From: Erysipelotrichaceae bacterium
Lineage (GTDB): Bacteria > Bacillota_I > Bacilli_A > Erysipelotrichales > Erysipelotrichaceae
Assembly: GCA_036639955.1 (NCBI GenBank)
Contig: JAVWHP010000006.1
Location: forward strand, 23,328-87,327
Length of the DNA stretch: 64,000 nt
Direction: 5' to 3'
Part shown: in pieces, positions 46,323 to 56,234 of the stretch
Layout: every line of letters begins with the position of its first letter
Numbering within the stretch: position 1 is the first letter of the stretch
The notes under the pieces: model-generated
Database searches by the model: none
What the model saw: the letters and a program-made list of their open reading frames with translations, nothing else
Told to the model about the DNA's origin: nothing
Translations under genes and position numbers: made by a program

Positions 46323-46831
46323 TATTCTCCTTTTAAGTAAAGACTCGTTAACTTTACATATTCTTTAGCATTATCCTCAATATATTTAATTTGTTGATCA
46401 CTAATAGTTTTAATAACCTTAGCCGGACTACCAACAACGACACTATATGGCGGAACAATCATTCCCTCACATAGTAAACTACCCGCCCCAATAATACAAT
46501 CATGGGAAATTTTAACACCATTAAGAATTATAGCTCCCATCCCTATAATAACTCTATCTTCTATATTACAACCATGAATAATAGCTCCATGACCAATTGT
46601 AACATCAGAACCAATTTTAACTGGAAAATTAATATCATTATGTATACAAACATTTTCCTGAACATTAGAAGAACTACCAATTTCAATTGGACCAAAATCA
46701 GCTCGAAGAACTGCATAATCGAAAATGCCAATGTTAGAATGCAAGATAACATTACCCCACAATTGAGCATTTTTACTAATATAGCAAGTATTACTGACTT
46801 TAGGCATTAAGCCATTAAATTCATTTAGCAT
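46322..46831 (-). CDS. Gamma-carbonic-anhydrase-like hexapeptide-repeat protein (YrdA/PaaY family)
   Basis: 169-aa left-handed beta-helix repeat protein with the HGAIIHGC motif. Confidence 0.8.
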   Translation of the reverse strand: MLNEFNGLMPKVSNTCYISKNAQLWGNVILHSNIGIFDYAVLRADFGPIEIGSSSNVQENVCIHNDINFPVKIGSDVTIGHGAIIHGCNIEDRVIIGMGAIILNGVKISHDCIIGAGSLLCEGMIVPPYSVVVGSPAKVIKTISDQQIKYIEDNAKEYVKLTSLYLKGE

Positions 46832-46927
46832 ATAAGACCTTCTTTCTAATATATTATATATTGAAATTAGATATAATACAATTGTTTAATTAATCAAACA
46901 TTAAGTATAGTAATAGAAAACTTTTTG

Positions 46928-46955
46928 TTGACAATTATATCTGATGAAGTATAAT
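46928..46955 (+). promoter_or_regulatory. Near-consensus SigA promoter of the polyamine operon
   Basis: TTGACA (46928-46933), a 16-nt spacer, then TATAAT (46950-46955). Confidence 0.7.
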
Positions 46956-46961
46956 TGTAAC

Positions 46962-47272
46962 GTGATAAAAAAGAAACTATTTCATACATCACACTGATTT
47001 TGGAAGAGCAAATTTATTTGCTCATAAGAAGATGCCAACGCATCTATTACTTCTTATTTTGACCATAAGTTTTACAAGGCCAACGGACAGCCGGGTCAAA
47101 AGCCGATTTTGGTACAGGTGTAAGCTTGTTACTCATTATTACTTTGCTAGTGAGCTATATGAAATAGTTATACTGATACCCCCAGAAGGTATTCTATAAT
47201 AAGCATATTAAGTCTAACATGGTAAGGGATTTTTACGATGTTTTTTAATTATAATGGAAAGGGATTAATTAT
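46962..47272 (+). promoter_or_regulatory. Long structured 5' leader of the speD operon (unclassified riboswitch/attenuator candidate)
   Basis: About 310 nt between promoter and speD ATG with no SD-preceded ORF of any size. A 12-bp closing helix (46975-46986 / 47158-47169) encloses three hairpins. A weak hairpin plus T-run sits at 47216-47246. Confidence 0.5.
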
Positions 47273-48040
47273 ATGGATGAAAAACTAAGACTTTATGGGT
47301 TTAACAATTTAACAAAGACTTTAAGCTTTAATATTTATGATATTTGCTATGCAAAAAGCAAACGGGAACAACAGGATTACATTGTATATATAGACGAACA
47401 ATATAATAGTGAACGTTTAACTAAAATTTTATGTGAGGTTGCCAATAGAATAGGTGCGCAAATATTAAATATTGCTAAACAAGATTATGAACCACAAGGA
47501 GCAAGTGTAACCATACTTCTATCTGAAAATCATAGTACAGTTGATGAAGCAGGACATACAGTGGTAGCACATCTAGACAAATCTCATATCACAGTACACA
47601 CCTATCCTGAATATCATCCTGATCATGCGATTGCTACTTTTCGCGTTGATATCGATGTAGCTACATGTGGAGAAATTTCTCCATTACAAACACTTGATTA
47701 CCTTATAAGTTGTTTTGATTCAGATATTATGACAATAGACTACCGTGTTAGAGGTTTTACTCGTGATATGTCAGGAAAGAAATGCTTCCTAGACCATAAA
47801 GTAATTTCAATACAGGACTATATAAATTCAGATACAATGAGAAAATACGATGCAATAGACGTTAATGTTTATCAAGCAAATATCTTTCATACACAAATGA
47901 TGATTAAAGATATAGTATTACAAAACTATTTATTTAAAACAGATAGTTATGAACTAACACCTAACCAAAGAATGGAAATATCTACTAGACTAAGAAAAGA
48001 AATGATTGAAATATACAGTGGGATGAATATCTATGAATAA
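47273..48040 (+). CDS. speD: S-adenosylmethionine decarboxylase proenzyme (E. coli-type, class 1B)
   Basis: [21 protein letters not shown] and [17 protein letters not shown] (self-processing K-S site) closely match E. coli SpeD as I remember it. Confidence 0.93.
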   Translation: MDEKLRLYGFNNLTKTLSFNIYDICYAKSKREQQDYIVYIDEQYNSERLTKILCEVANRIGAQILNIAKQDYEPQGASVTILLSENHSTVDEAGHTVVAHLDKSHITVHTYPEYHPDHAIATFRVDIDVATCGEISPLQTLDYLISCFDSDIMTIDYRVRGFTRDMSGKKCFLDHKVISIQDYINSDTMRKYDAIDVNVYQANIFHTQMMIKDIVLQNYLFKTDSYELTPNQRMEISTRLRKEMIEIYSGMNIYE

Positions 48041-49493
48041 GAATTATAGTCAAAGTGATGCTCCAATTGAACAAGCATTACTAGCCTATAAAGCGAAAAG
48101 AACAGTCTCTTTTGATGTACCTGGACATAAACAAGGAAAAGGAAATAAAAGATTAACACGTTTTTTAGGCGAAGACACAATGCAAGTTGATGTAAATTCA
48201 ATGAAACCATTAGATAATCTATGTCATCCAGTCGGAGTAATTAAAGATGCACAAGAATTAGCAGCTCAAGCTTTTCATGCGTCATCAGCATTTTTTATGC
48301 TGAACGGAACAAGTTCAGGTGTACAAGCAATGATTATGAGTGCACTAAAAGAAAATGAAGAAATAATATTACCAAGAAATGTCCACAGATCAGCAATAAA
48401 TGCACTAATACTATGTGGAGCTAAGCCTGTATACGTTAACCCAAGTGTAAATACTCATCTAGGAATACCACTAGGAATGAAAATAGAAGACATTAAAAAA
48501 GCAATTAAAACGCATCCTAACGCTAAAGCAATACTAGTAAATAATCCAACATATTATGGAATATGCTCAAATTTAAAAGAGATAGTAAAAATTGCACATG
48601 AAGCAAAAATGCTAGTACTAGTAGATGAAGCGCACGGAACACATTTTTACTTTCAAGAAGATTCACCAATAAGTGGAATGGACGCAGGAGCTGACATGGC
48701 GGCTGTATCAATACATAAAACAGGAGGATCATTAACTCAAAGTTCATTATTACTATTAGGGAAGAATGTTAATGAAGACTATGTTCGACAGATTATAAAT
48801 TTGACCCAAACTACAAGTGGTTCGTATTTATTGATGGCTTCTTTAGATATATCTAGAAGTAATTTAGCAGTTAATGGAAAAGATATATTTAAAAGTGTGA
48901 TGGAATTTGCTACCTATGCAAGAGAAGAAGTTAATAATATTAAAGGATATTATGCTTATGGTAAAGAACTTATTAATGGTGATGATATATATGATTTTGA
49001 CGCAACAAAATTAAGTATTCATACTAGAGATATTGGATTAGCTGGAATTGAAGTATATAACATATTAAGAGATGATTATAATATACAAATTGAATTTGGT
49101 GACATAGGTAATATACTAGCCATTATATCTGTAGGTGATCGTGATCTAGAAATAGAAAGATTATTAAGCGCTTTAGATCAAATTAAACGTGATTATCAAA
49201 AAGACCCTCAAGATTTATTTGATCATGAATACGTTGATCCGATTGTTGAAATGACGCCTAAAAAAGCCTTTTATGCGAAACAAAATAATATGAAACTAGA
49301 TGAATCTGTCAATCAAATAAGTGGTGAATTTGTAATGTGTTATCCACCAGGAATTCCAATTTTAGCCCCAGGAGAATTGATAACTAAAGATATAATAGAT
49401 TATATAAATTACGCTAAGGAAAAAGGCTGCCAATTAACAGGAACACAAGATATGGATATTAATACTATTCAAGTCGTAATGGAGGAAAACTAA
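48033..49493 (+). CDS. speA: Fold-I PLP Orn/Lys/Arg decarboxylase, probable arginine decarboxylase (Bacillus SpeA type)
   Basis: 486 aa with the SIHKTGG PLP-lysine motif. Overlaps speD by 8 nt. Confidence 0.8.
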   Translation: MNKNYSQSDAPIEQALLAYKAKRTVSFDVPGHKQGKGNKRLTRFLGEDTMQVDVNSMKPLDNLCHPVGVIKDAQELAAQAFHASSAFFMLNGTSSGVQAMIMSALKENEEIILPRNVHRSAINALILCGAKPVYVNPSVNTHLGIPLGMKIEDIKKAIKTHPNAKAILVNNPTYYGICSNLKEIVKIAHEAKMLVLVDEAHGTHFYFQEDSPISGMDAGADMAAVSIHKTGGSLTQSSLLLLGKNVNEDYVRQIINLTQTTSGSYLLMASLDISRSNLAVNGKDIFKSVMEFATYAREEVNNIKGYYAYGKELINGDDIYDFDATKLSIHTRDIGLAGIEVYNILRDDYNIQIEFGDIGNILAIISVGDRDLEIERLLSALDQIKRDYQKDPQDLFDHEYVDPIVEMTPKKAFYAKQNNMKLDESVNQISGEFVMCYPPGIPILAPGELITKDIIDYINYAKEKGCQLTGTQDMDINTIQVVMEEN

Positions 49494-50335
49494 TGGAATT
49501 ATGGTATACAGAAGAACATACTAAGAATGTACGATTCTCAATTAAAGTAAATGAGCACCTATATAAACATGATAGTAACTATCAAAGAATAGATGTTTTC
49601 GAAACAACAGAATTTGGTAAAGTCTTAACCCTAGATGATGTCATAATGCTTACTGAGCATGATGAATTCATCTATCATGAAATGATTGTACATCCAGCAC
49701 TAGCAGCCAATCCTAATATTAAAAAAGTACTAGTAATAGGTGCTGGAGATGGTGGAACAATCAACCAACTTATTAAGTATCCAACTATCTCTCACATCGA
49801 TTTAGTAGAAATCGATGAAGAGGTAGTTAAAACAGCCCAAACTTACTTCCCCTCTATAGCTAATAGTTTTCAAGACGATCGAGTAAAAATGAATTTCTGT
49901 GACGGCCTTAAGTTTGTACGCCGTATGAATAATGAATATGATCTAATAATAGTAGATTCAACAGATCCTTTTGGACCAGGAGAAGGACTATTCACAAGAG
50001 AATTTTATGGAAACTGCTATAAAGCATTAACTGCAGAAGGAATATTGATTAATCAACACGAATCACCATATTATCATGAAGATGCACTAGCAATGAAACA
50101 AGCACACAGTAGAATCAAACCATACTTTCCAATATGTAAAGTATATCAAGCGCATATACCAACCTATCCATCAGGACATTGGCTATTTGGTTATGCAGCT
50201 AAAACAATACATCCACTTAATGATAATATAAATAAATGGAATAATTTACACATTAAAACAGACTATTATAATACAGAATTACATAAAGGAAGTTTCGCAT
50301 TACCTAACTATGTAATACAACTAATGGAGGAATAA
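49493..50335 (+). CDS. speE: Spermidine synthase (aminopropyltransferase)
   Basis: LWYTE..., GAGDGG and DSTDPFGPGEGLF motifs. Confidence 0.92.
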   Translation: MELWYTEEHTKNVRFSIKVNEHLYKHDSNYQRIDVFETTEFGKVLTLDDVIMLTEHDEFIYHEMIVHPALAANPNIKKVLVIGAGDGGTINQLIKYPTISHIDLVEIDEEVVKTAQTYFPSIANSFQDDRVKMNFCDGLKFVRRMNNEYDLIIVDSTDPFGPGEGLFTREFYGNCYKALTAEGILINQHESPYYHEDALAMKQAHSRIKPYFPICKVYQAHIPTYPSGHWLFGYAAKTIHPLNDNINKWNNLHIKTDYYNTELHKGSFALPNYVIQLMEE

Positions 50336-50336
50336 C

Positions 50337-51191
50337 ATGATAAATAATAAAGTGAACTTTATCGGAGCCGAAGCAAACTATGAAGAATCAAATATAGTAA
50401 TATATGGAGCACCATTTGATTCAACAACTTCATATCGCCCTGGAGCAAGATTTGGAAGCAACGCAATACGAAATGAAAGTTATGGGATTGAAACTTATTC
50501 TCCTTATCAAGATAAAGATTTGTTAGACTTGAAAATATATGATGCAGGTGATATCGAGCTGTGTATCGGAAACTCTAAAAAAGCACTAGCTAGCATTCAA
50601 TCTATAGCTGAAGAAATTATCGCAGCAGATAAGTTACCAATCATGCTAGGAGGCGAACATTTAGTAAGTCTTGCACCCATAAAAGCAATTGTAAAAAAAT
50701 ACCCAAACATCCATATTATTCACTTTGATGCACATGCTGATTTAAGAATGGATTATTTAGGTGAGCAGTTATCTCACGCTTGCGTCATAAGAAGAGTACA
50801 TGAATTAGTAGGAGATGATCAGATCCATCAATTCGGCATTCGCTCTGGTGAACAAAGCGAATTTGAATTTGCTAAAGAACATACAAATATGCATAAATTT
50901 AATCTAGCAGAATTTAAAGAAACAATAGCAAAATTTACTGATGAACCAATCTACTTTACATTAGATCTAGATATATTAGACCCAAGCATCTTTAGTGGAA
51001 CAGGAACGCCAGAAGCTGGAGGAATAAGTTACTTAGAACTACAAGAAGCAATTATATTACTTAAAAACTTAAATATAGTAGGAGCAGATATAGTAGAATT
51101 AGCTCCTAATCTAGACCCTACAGGCGTTTCAACAGCAGTTGCCTGTAAAATATTAAGAGAATTATTATTAACAATTGGAGGAATAAAATAA
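50337..51191 (+). CDS. speB: Agmatinase (ureohydrolase family)
   Basis: Mn-binding motifs HFDAHADL, DLDILDP and SxDxDxxDP. Confidence 0.88.
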   Translation: MINNKVNFIGAEANYEESNIVIYGAPFDSTTSYRPGARFGSNAIRNESYGIETYSPYQDKDLLDLKIYDAGDIELCIGNSKKALASIQSIAEEIIAADKLPIMLGGEHLVSLAPIKAIVKKYPNIHIIHFDAHADLRMDYLGEQLSHACVIRRVHELVGDDQIHQFGIRSGEQSEFEFAKEHTNMHKFNLAEFKETIAKFTDEPIYFTLDLDILDPSIFSGTGTPEAGGISYLELQEAIILLKNLNIVGADIVELAPNLDPTGVSTAVACKILRELLLTIGGIK

Positions 51192-52393
51192 TGAAAAATA
51201 GAGCTTTAATAATTGGTGCTGGTGGAGTAGCTAGCGTCGTAGTACATAAATGTGTAGAGAACCATGAAATATTTCATGAAATTATGATTGCATCAAGAAC
51301 ATTAAGCAAATGTGATGCCTTAAAAACAAAACTAGATGGACGTGGATGCACAATTTCAACAGCCCAAGTAGATGCTGATAACACAGAAGAATTAATAACT
51401 TTAATAAATGAATATCAACCAGATTTAGTAATTAATGTAGCACTTCCATATCAAGATTTAACTATTATGGATGCTTGTCTTGCAACAAAAACTAATTATA
51501 TGGATACTGCAAATTACGAACCAAAGGATACAGCTAAATTTGAATATAAATGGCAATGGGCGTATCGAGAAAAATTTAAAGCAGCAGGTATTACAGCATT
51601 ATTAGGAAGTGGTTTTGACCCTGGAGTAACTAGTGTATTTTCAGCCTATGCACTAAAACATTACTTTGACGAAATAAATTATATTGATATTCTAGACTGT
51701 AATGGTGGTGACCACGGCTATCCATTTGCCACTAATTTTAACCCAGAAATAAACATACGTGAAGTAAGTGCTAATGGGTCTTACTGGCAAGATGGACATT
51801 GGATAGAAACTAAACCAATGGAAATAAAACGCGAATACAATTTTAAAGAAGTAGGACTTAAAGATATGTATCTACTACATCATGAAGAAATCGAATCACT
51901 AGCTATAAATATTCCAGGAATTGAGCGCATAAGATTCTTTATGACATTTGGACAAAGCTATTTAACTCATCTTAAATGTTTAGAAAATTCAGGAATGACT
52001 AGCATTGAACCTATAATTTATAATGGACAAGAAATTGTACCATTACAATTTCTTGCATCAGTACTACCTGATCCAAGCACTTTAGGAGCACGTACCAAAG
52101 GTAAAACTAATATAGGCTGCATCTTTAAAGGAAAAAAAGATGGACAAGATAAATCTTACTATCTATATAATGTATGTGACCATGAAACCTGCTATAAAGA
52201 AGTTGGTTCACAAGCTATTTCATATACAACAGGAGTTCCAGCAATGATAGGTGCTAGTATGTTAATGCAAGGTATTTGGAATAAACCAGGAGTTTATACG
52301 ATAGAAGAATTCGATCCAGATCCATTTATGGAAGACCTAAATAAATTTGGCTTACCATGGATAGAAGATTTTAATCCTATATTAGTTGATTAG
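51191..52393 (+). CDS. Carboxy(nor)spermidine dehydrogenase (saccharopine dehydrogenase family)
   Basis: IIGAGGVASVVVHK Rossmann motif, GFDPGVTSVF and QAISYTTGVPA closely parallel Vibrio CANSDH as I remember it. Confidence 0.88.
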   Translation: MKNRALIIGAGGVASVVVHKCVENHEIFHEIMIASRTLSKCDALKTKLDGRGCTISTAQVDADNTEELITLINEYQPDLVINVALPYQDLTIMDACLATKTNYMDTANYEPKDTAKFEYKWQWAYREKFKAAGITALLGSGFDPGVTSVFSAYALKHYFDEINYIDILDCNGGDHGYPFATNFNPEINIREVSANGSYWQDGHWIETKPMEIKREYNFKEVGLKDMYLLHHEEIESLAINIPGIERIRFFMTFGQSYLTHLKCLENSGMTSIEPIIYNGQEIVPLQFLASVLPDPSTLGARTKGKTNIGCIFKGKKDGQDKSYYLYNVCDHETCYKEVGSQAISYTTGVPAMIGASMLMQGIWNKPGVYTIEEFDPDPFMEDLNKFGLPWIEDFNPILVD

Positions 52394-52396
52394 TTT

Positions 52397-53530
52397 ATGC
52401 AAAATATAAATAAACTATTAGCTGTTAAAACACCTGCCTACATTATTGATGAAGCATCTATTATAAGTAATTGTAAAATTTTAAAAGGTATTAAGGATGC
52501 TACTGGTTGTAAAATATTATTAGCTTCAAAAGCTTTTTCATCTTATTGTATGTTTAATACTATAAAAGAATATTTAGATGGTATGACTAGTTCTTCTTTA
52601 CATGAAGCTCGTTTATCTTATGAAGAGATGCATTCAGAAACTCATATCTTTTCCCCAGGTTATAGAGATGATGAATTTGAAGAAATATGCACTTATAGTG
52701 ATCATATAGTATTTAATTCTTTTAATCAATGGAATCATTTTAAAGCTACTGCCCTTAGTCATAACATTAGTTGTGGTTTAAGAATTAATCCTGAATATAG
52801 TGAAGTAGAAGTAGACTTATATAACCCTTGTGCTATAGGCTCAAGATTAGGTATTACCATTGATAACTTTAAGGATCACGATCTTACCGGTATCGAAGGT
52901 CTACATTTTCACTGTTTATGTGAGCAAGGCGCTGATGTTCTAGTACGTACTCTAAATGCAGTAGAAACTAAATTTGGACCATACCTTTCTAACCTTAAAT
53001 GGCTTAATTTTGGTGGAGGCCACCATATCACCCGCCAAAATTATGACTTAACTCTGCTAATCTCTACCATTAATCGAATAAAAACCACCTATAACCTACA
53101 AGTATATTTAGAACCAGGTGAAGCCGTAGCATTAAATGCTGGCTACCTTGTTAGCAGTGTATTAGATATTACAACCAATACAATAAATAACGCTATATTA
53201 GATACATCCGCTGCAACTCATATGCCAGATGTACTAGAAATGCCTTATAGACCGAACGTAATTAACTCCAAAGACGCCAATGTTTTAGATTATACTTATC
53301 GTTTTGGTGGTCCTACTTGTCTATCAGGTGATATTATCGGAGACTACTCATTTAATAAACCTCTTTCAATAGGTGATAAAATAGTATTTGAAGATATGGC
53401 TATATATACTATGGTTAAAAATAATACTTTTAATGGTATTAATCTACCCTCAATATATGTATTGAAGGTAGATTCTGAATTAGAACTACATAAAAAATTT
53501 AATTATAATGATTTTAAAAACAGGTTATAA
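52397..53530 (+). CDS. nspC: Carboxy(nor)spermidine decarboxylase
   Basis: TPAYIIDE...LASKAF...YLDGMTSSSLHEARL, an alanine-racemase-fold PLP decarboxylase of 377 aa. Confidence 0.88.
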   Translation: MQNINKLLAVKTPAYIIDEASIISNCKILKGIKDATGCKILLASKAFSSYCMFNTIKEYLDGMTSSSLHEARLSYEEMHSETHIFSPGYRDDEFEEICTYSDHIVFNSFNQWNHFKATALSHNISCGLRINPEYSEVEVDLYNPCAIGSRLGITIDNFKDHDLTGIEGLHFHCLCEQGADVLVRTLNAVETKFGPYLSNLKWLNFGGGHHITRQNYDLTLLISTINRIKTTYNLQVYLEPGEAVALNAGYLVSSVLDITTNTINNAILDTSAATHMPDVLEMPYRPNVINSKDANVLDYTYRFGGPTCLSGDIIGDYSFNKPLSIGDKIVFEDMAIYTMVKNNTFNGINLPSIYVLKVDSELELHKKFNYNDFKNRL

Positions 53531-53614
53531 AGAAGTTATTCACAATTAAAATATTTATAATATAACTTAAATATGTGTTTTATAACTAGACTACATCACT
53601 TAAAATAGAATATA

Positions 53615-53642
53615 AAAAACGAGAGTTCAATCTCGTTTTTTT
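53615..53642. terminator. Bidirectional terminator between nspC and clpB
   Basis: AACGAGA-gttcaa-TCTCGTT hairpin flanked by an A-run and a T-run. Confidence 0.8.
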
Positions 53643-56190
53643 ATATTTCAATTGTGTAAACTCCATCCATTACAGCTAGTTTAATAATTTGATTAGGAAG
53701 CATTTCATGTTCAATCATCTTACGAGCAATAAGAGTTTCAATATTACGTTGTATATAACGTTTCATTGGACGTGCTCCATAAACATCATCAATACCCTCT
53801 TTTGCAATCAAACTATAAACATCATTGCTTACTTCTAATTTTATATCTTTGGTAGCTAAACGTACAATAAGTTCATTCATAAATTTATGTGCTATCTTAT
53901 CAAGCATATTAGTATTTAATGAATTAAAAATAATTATTTCATCTATACGATTAATAAATTCTGGTTTAAAGAATTTTTTAACCTCACTCATATAAGCTGT
54001 TTCTTTATCAACATTATTATCAAAGGCGAACTGGCCTCCTAAATTACTAGTCATAATAAGAATAGTATTTTTGAAGTCAATTGTTATACCTTTGTTATCT
54101 GTTATACGTCCATCATCTAATATCTGAAGTAGAACATTAAACACATCTGGATGTGCTTTTTCAACTTCATCAAATAGCACAATAGAGTAGGGATTTCTTC
54201 GCACTGCTTCACTTAACTGTCCTCCTTCTTCATAACCAACATAACCTGGAGGAGCACCAATTAAACGTGATACACTATGCTTCTCCATATATTCACTCAT
54301 ATCAATTCTAATAATATGAGATTCACTATCAAATAATTGTTCAGCTAATGCTTTAGCTACCTCAGTTTTACCAACTCCAGTAGGTCCTAAGAATAAAAAT
54401 GAACCTATTGGTCTATTTTCATCTTGAATTTGAGCTTTACTACGCATGATAGCATCACTAACAAGTGTTAAAGCATTATCTTGTCCAATAACACGTTTAG
54501 CTAAAGTATCCTTTAATGCTAACAACTTTATTCGCTGTGATTCAACTAACCGATTTACTTCCACTCCACTCCAACGCGATACAATCTTAGCAATGGATTC
54601 ACTATTAACAATTTCTTTAATCATCGCATCATTCTTTTCTATTTCAGCATCAGCTGCTATTCTTGCCTCTAATTCAGGTATTAGTCCATACTGAAGTTTG
54701 GCTGCGTCCTCATAGCGTGATTCATTCTGTGCTTGTTCTAAATCTAAACGTGCTTTTTCTAATTTAACTTTATCACTCTTACTAGCATTTAATATAGCCT
54801 TTTCATCACTCCATTTAGTATACATTACATCTTTCTTGGCTTTAACATCTTTTATTTCTATTTTAATTTGAGTTAATCTTTCCTGTGTTTTCTTATCCTT
54901 CTCTTGTTTAAGTGCAGTTTCTTCTATTTCTAATTGCATTAGACGTCTTGTTAATTCATCTAATTCTTGAGGCATTGAATCCATTTCAACTCTTAATGAT
55001 GCACATGCTTCATCAATTAAATCTATTGCTTTATCAGGTAAGAAGCGATCAGTAATATATCTATTACTTAAAGTTACTGCTGATATTATAGCTTCATCTA
55101 ATATTTTAACTCCATGATAAGATTCAAATCGATCCTTTAATCCACGCAGTATCGAAATAGTATCTTCAACTGTAGGTTCATTAACGTTGATTCTTTGAAA
55201 TCTTCTTTCCAGTGCTGCATCTTTTTCAATGTATTGACGATATTCATTAAAAGTAGTTGCCCCGATACATCTAAGTTCTCCTCTTGCTAGCATTGGTTTT
55301 AATAAATTTGCCGCATCCATACTACCTTCTGTTTTACCTGCACCAACTAGATTATGAATTTCATCAATAAATAGTACTATATTACCATTAGCTTCTTTTA
55401 CTTCATTTAGTACTGCTTTTAATCTTTCTTCAAATTCTCCACGATATTTAGCTCCAGCTATTAATGATCCCATATCTAATTCAATAAGTTTTTTATCTTT
55501 TAGTGTGGTTGGTACATCGCCCTTCATAATTCTCCAAGCTATTCCTTCAACAATAGCCGTCTTACCAACACCTGGCTCACCTATTAATATGGGATTATTC
55601 TTTGTTTTCCTTGATAATATTTGTATTACCCTTCTTATTTCTTCATCTCTTCCAATTACAGGATCTATTTTACCAGCTTTAACGTCATCTACAAGATTTC
55701 GTCCATATTTAGATAAAGCTTCAATATTATTTTCAGCTGTTTGTGTATTCATTGTATTACCTCCTCTACGTTCTTTTTCAGCAGATATTAATTCTTTTTG
55801 ATTAAGTTTAAATTGTTTAGTTAGTAGTGTTGCTATATAAGCTTTAGAGCTTATTAATGCTATAAATACACTTGCAGTACTCATATAAGTTTCATCTAAT
55901 AAGTTGCTTATAGTTTGTGCATCATTAAATGCTTTATTAACATTAGTAGAAAATCTAGGATCACTAGTAGAATCTGTTTTACTTATATTATTAAGTTGTG
56001 TATCGATAACATCTAGTGCTTGAAGTTTATCAATTTGAACTCTATTGAATAAGCCATCTAGTACCTTTTCCTCAAAAATAGTTTTAAGTAAATGAATTAC
56101 ATCTACATCATTATGATGTAATGTTTTAGTTAACTCTATTGCTTTGATAATAACTTGCTGTAATGTTTCACTCATATTTTCAAAATTCAT
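53641..56190 (-). CDS. clpB: ClpB disaggregase (AAA+ with two NBDs and middle coiled-coil)
   Basis: Two Walker A motifs (GEPGVGKTA, GPTGVGKTE) and a long M-domain. The start was moved to MNFENMSE (SD AAAGGAG), because the 11 upstream track codons overlap a CIRCE operator. Confidence 0.93.
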   Translation of the reverse strand: MNFENMSETLQQVIIKAIELTKTLHHNDVDVIHLLKTIFEEKVLDGLFNRVQIDKLQALDVIDTQLNNISKTDSTSDPRFSTNVNKAFNDAQTISNLLDETYMSTASVFIALISSKAYIATLLTKQFKLNQKELISAEKERRGGNTMNTQTAENNIEALSKYGRNLVDDVKAGKIDPVIGRDEEIRRVIQILSRKTKNNPILIGEPGVGKTAIVEGIAWRIMKGDVPTTLKDKKLIELDMGSLIAGAKYRGEFEERLKAVLNEVKEANGNIVLFIDEIHNLVGAGKTEGSMDAANLLKPMLARGELRCIGATTFNEYRQYIEKDAALERRFQRINVNEPTVEDTISILRGLKDRFESYHGVKILDEAIISAVTLSNRYITDRFLPDKAIDLIDEACASLRVEMDSMPQELDELTRRLMQLEIEETALKQEKDKKTQERLTQIKIEIKDVKAKKDVMYTKWSDEKAILNASKSDKVKLEKARLDLEQAQNESRYEDAAKLQYGLIPELEARIAADAEIEKNDAMIKEIVNSESIAKIVSRWSGVEVNRLVESQRIKLLALKDTLAKRVIGQDNALTLVSDAIMRSKAQIQDENRPIGSFLFLGPTGVGKTEVAKALAEQLFDSESHIIRIDMSEYMEKHSVSRLIGAPPGYVGYEEGGQLSEAVRRNPYSIVLFDEVEKAHPDVFNVLLQILDDGRITDNKGITIDFKNTILIMTSNLGGQFAFDNNVDKETAYMSEVKKFFKPEFINRIDEIIIFNSLNTNMLDKIAHKFMNELIVRLATKDIKLEVSNDVYSLIAKEGIDDVYGARPMKRYIQRNIETLIARKMIEHEMLPNQIIKLAVMDGVYTIEI

Positions 56191-56203
56191 ATTAATCACT
56201 CCT

Positions 56204-56230
56204 TTAGCACTCTTACTATCCAAGTGCTAA
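56204..56230. promoter_or_regulatory. CIRCE (HrcA operator), promoter-proximal copy
   Basis: TTAGCACTC-N9-AAGTGCTAA, matching 17/18 arm positions of the consensus TTAGCACTC-N9-GAGTGCTAA. Confidence 0.8.
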
Positions 56231-56234
56231 ATAT

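Noticed and set aside
46962-47272. speD leader as a T-box or SAM-I riboswitch
   Set aside because: A TGGTAC string at 47110 resembles part of the T-box sequence. However, it lies about 100 nt from the candidate terminator, lacks the GGGTGG/CCGCG context, and I could find no specifier-loop/AGAGA architecture. No SAM-I core motifs are present either.
56191-56223. N-terminal 11 codons (MDSKSAKGVIN) of the ORF-track clpB model
   Set aside because: They coincide with a CIRCE operator and lie between the -10 and the SD. The downstream ATG (MNFENMSE) has a proper AAAGGAG SD.
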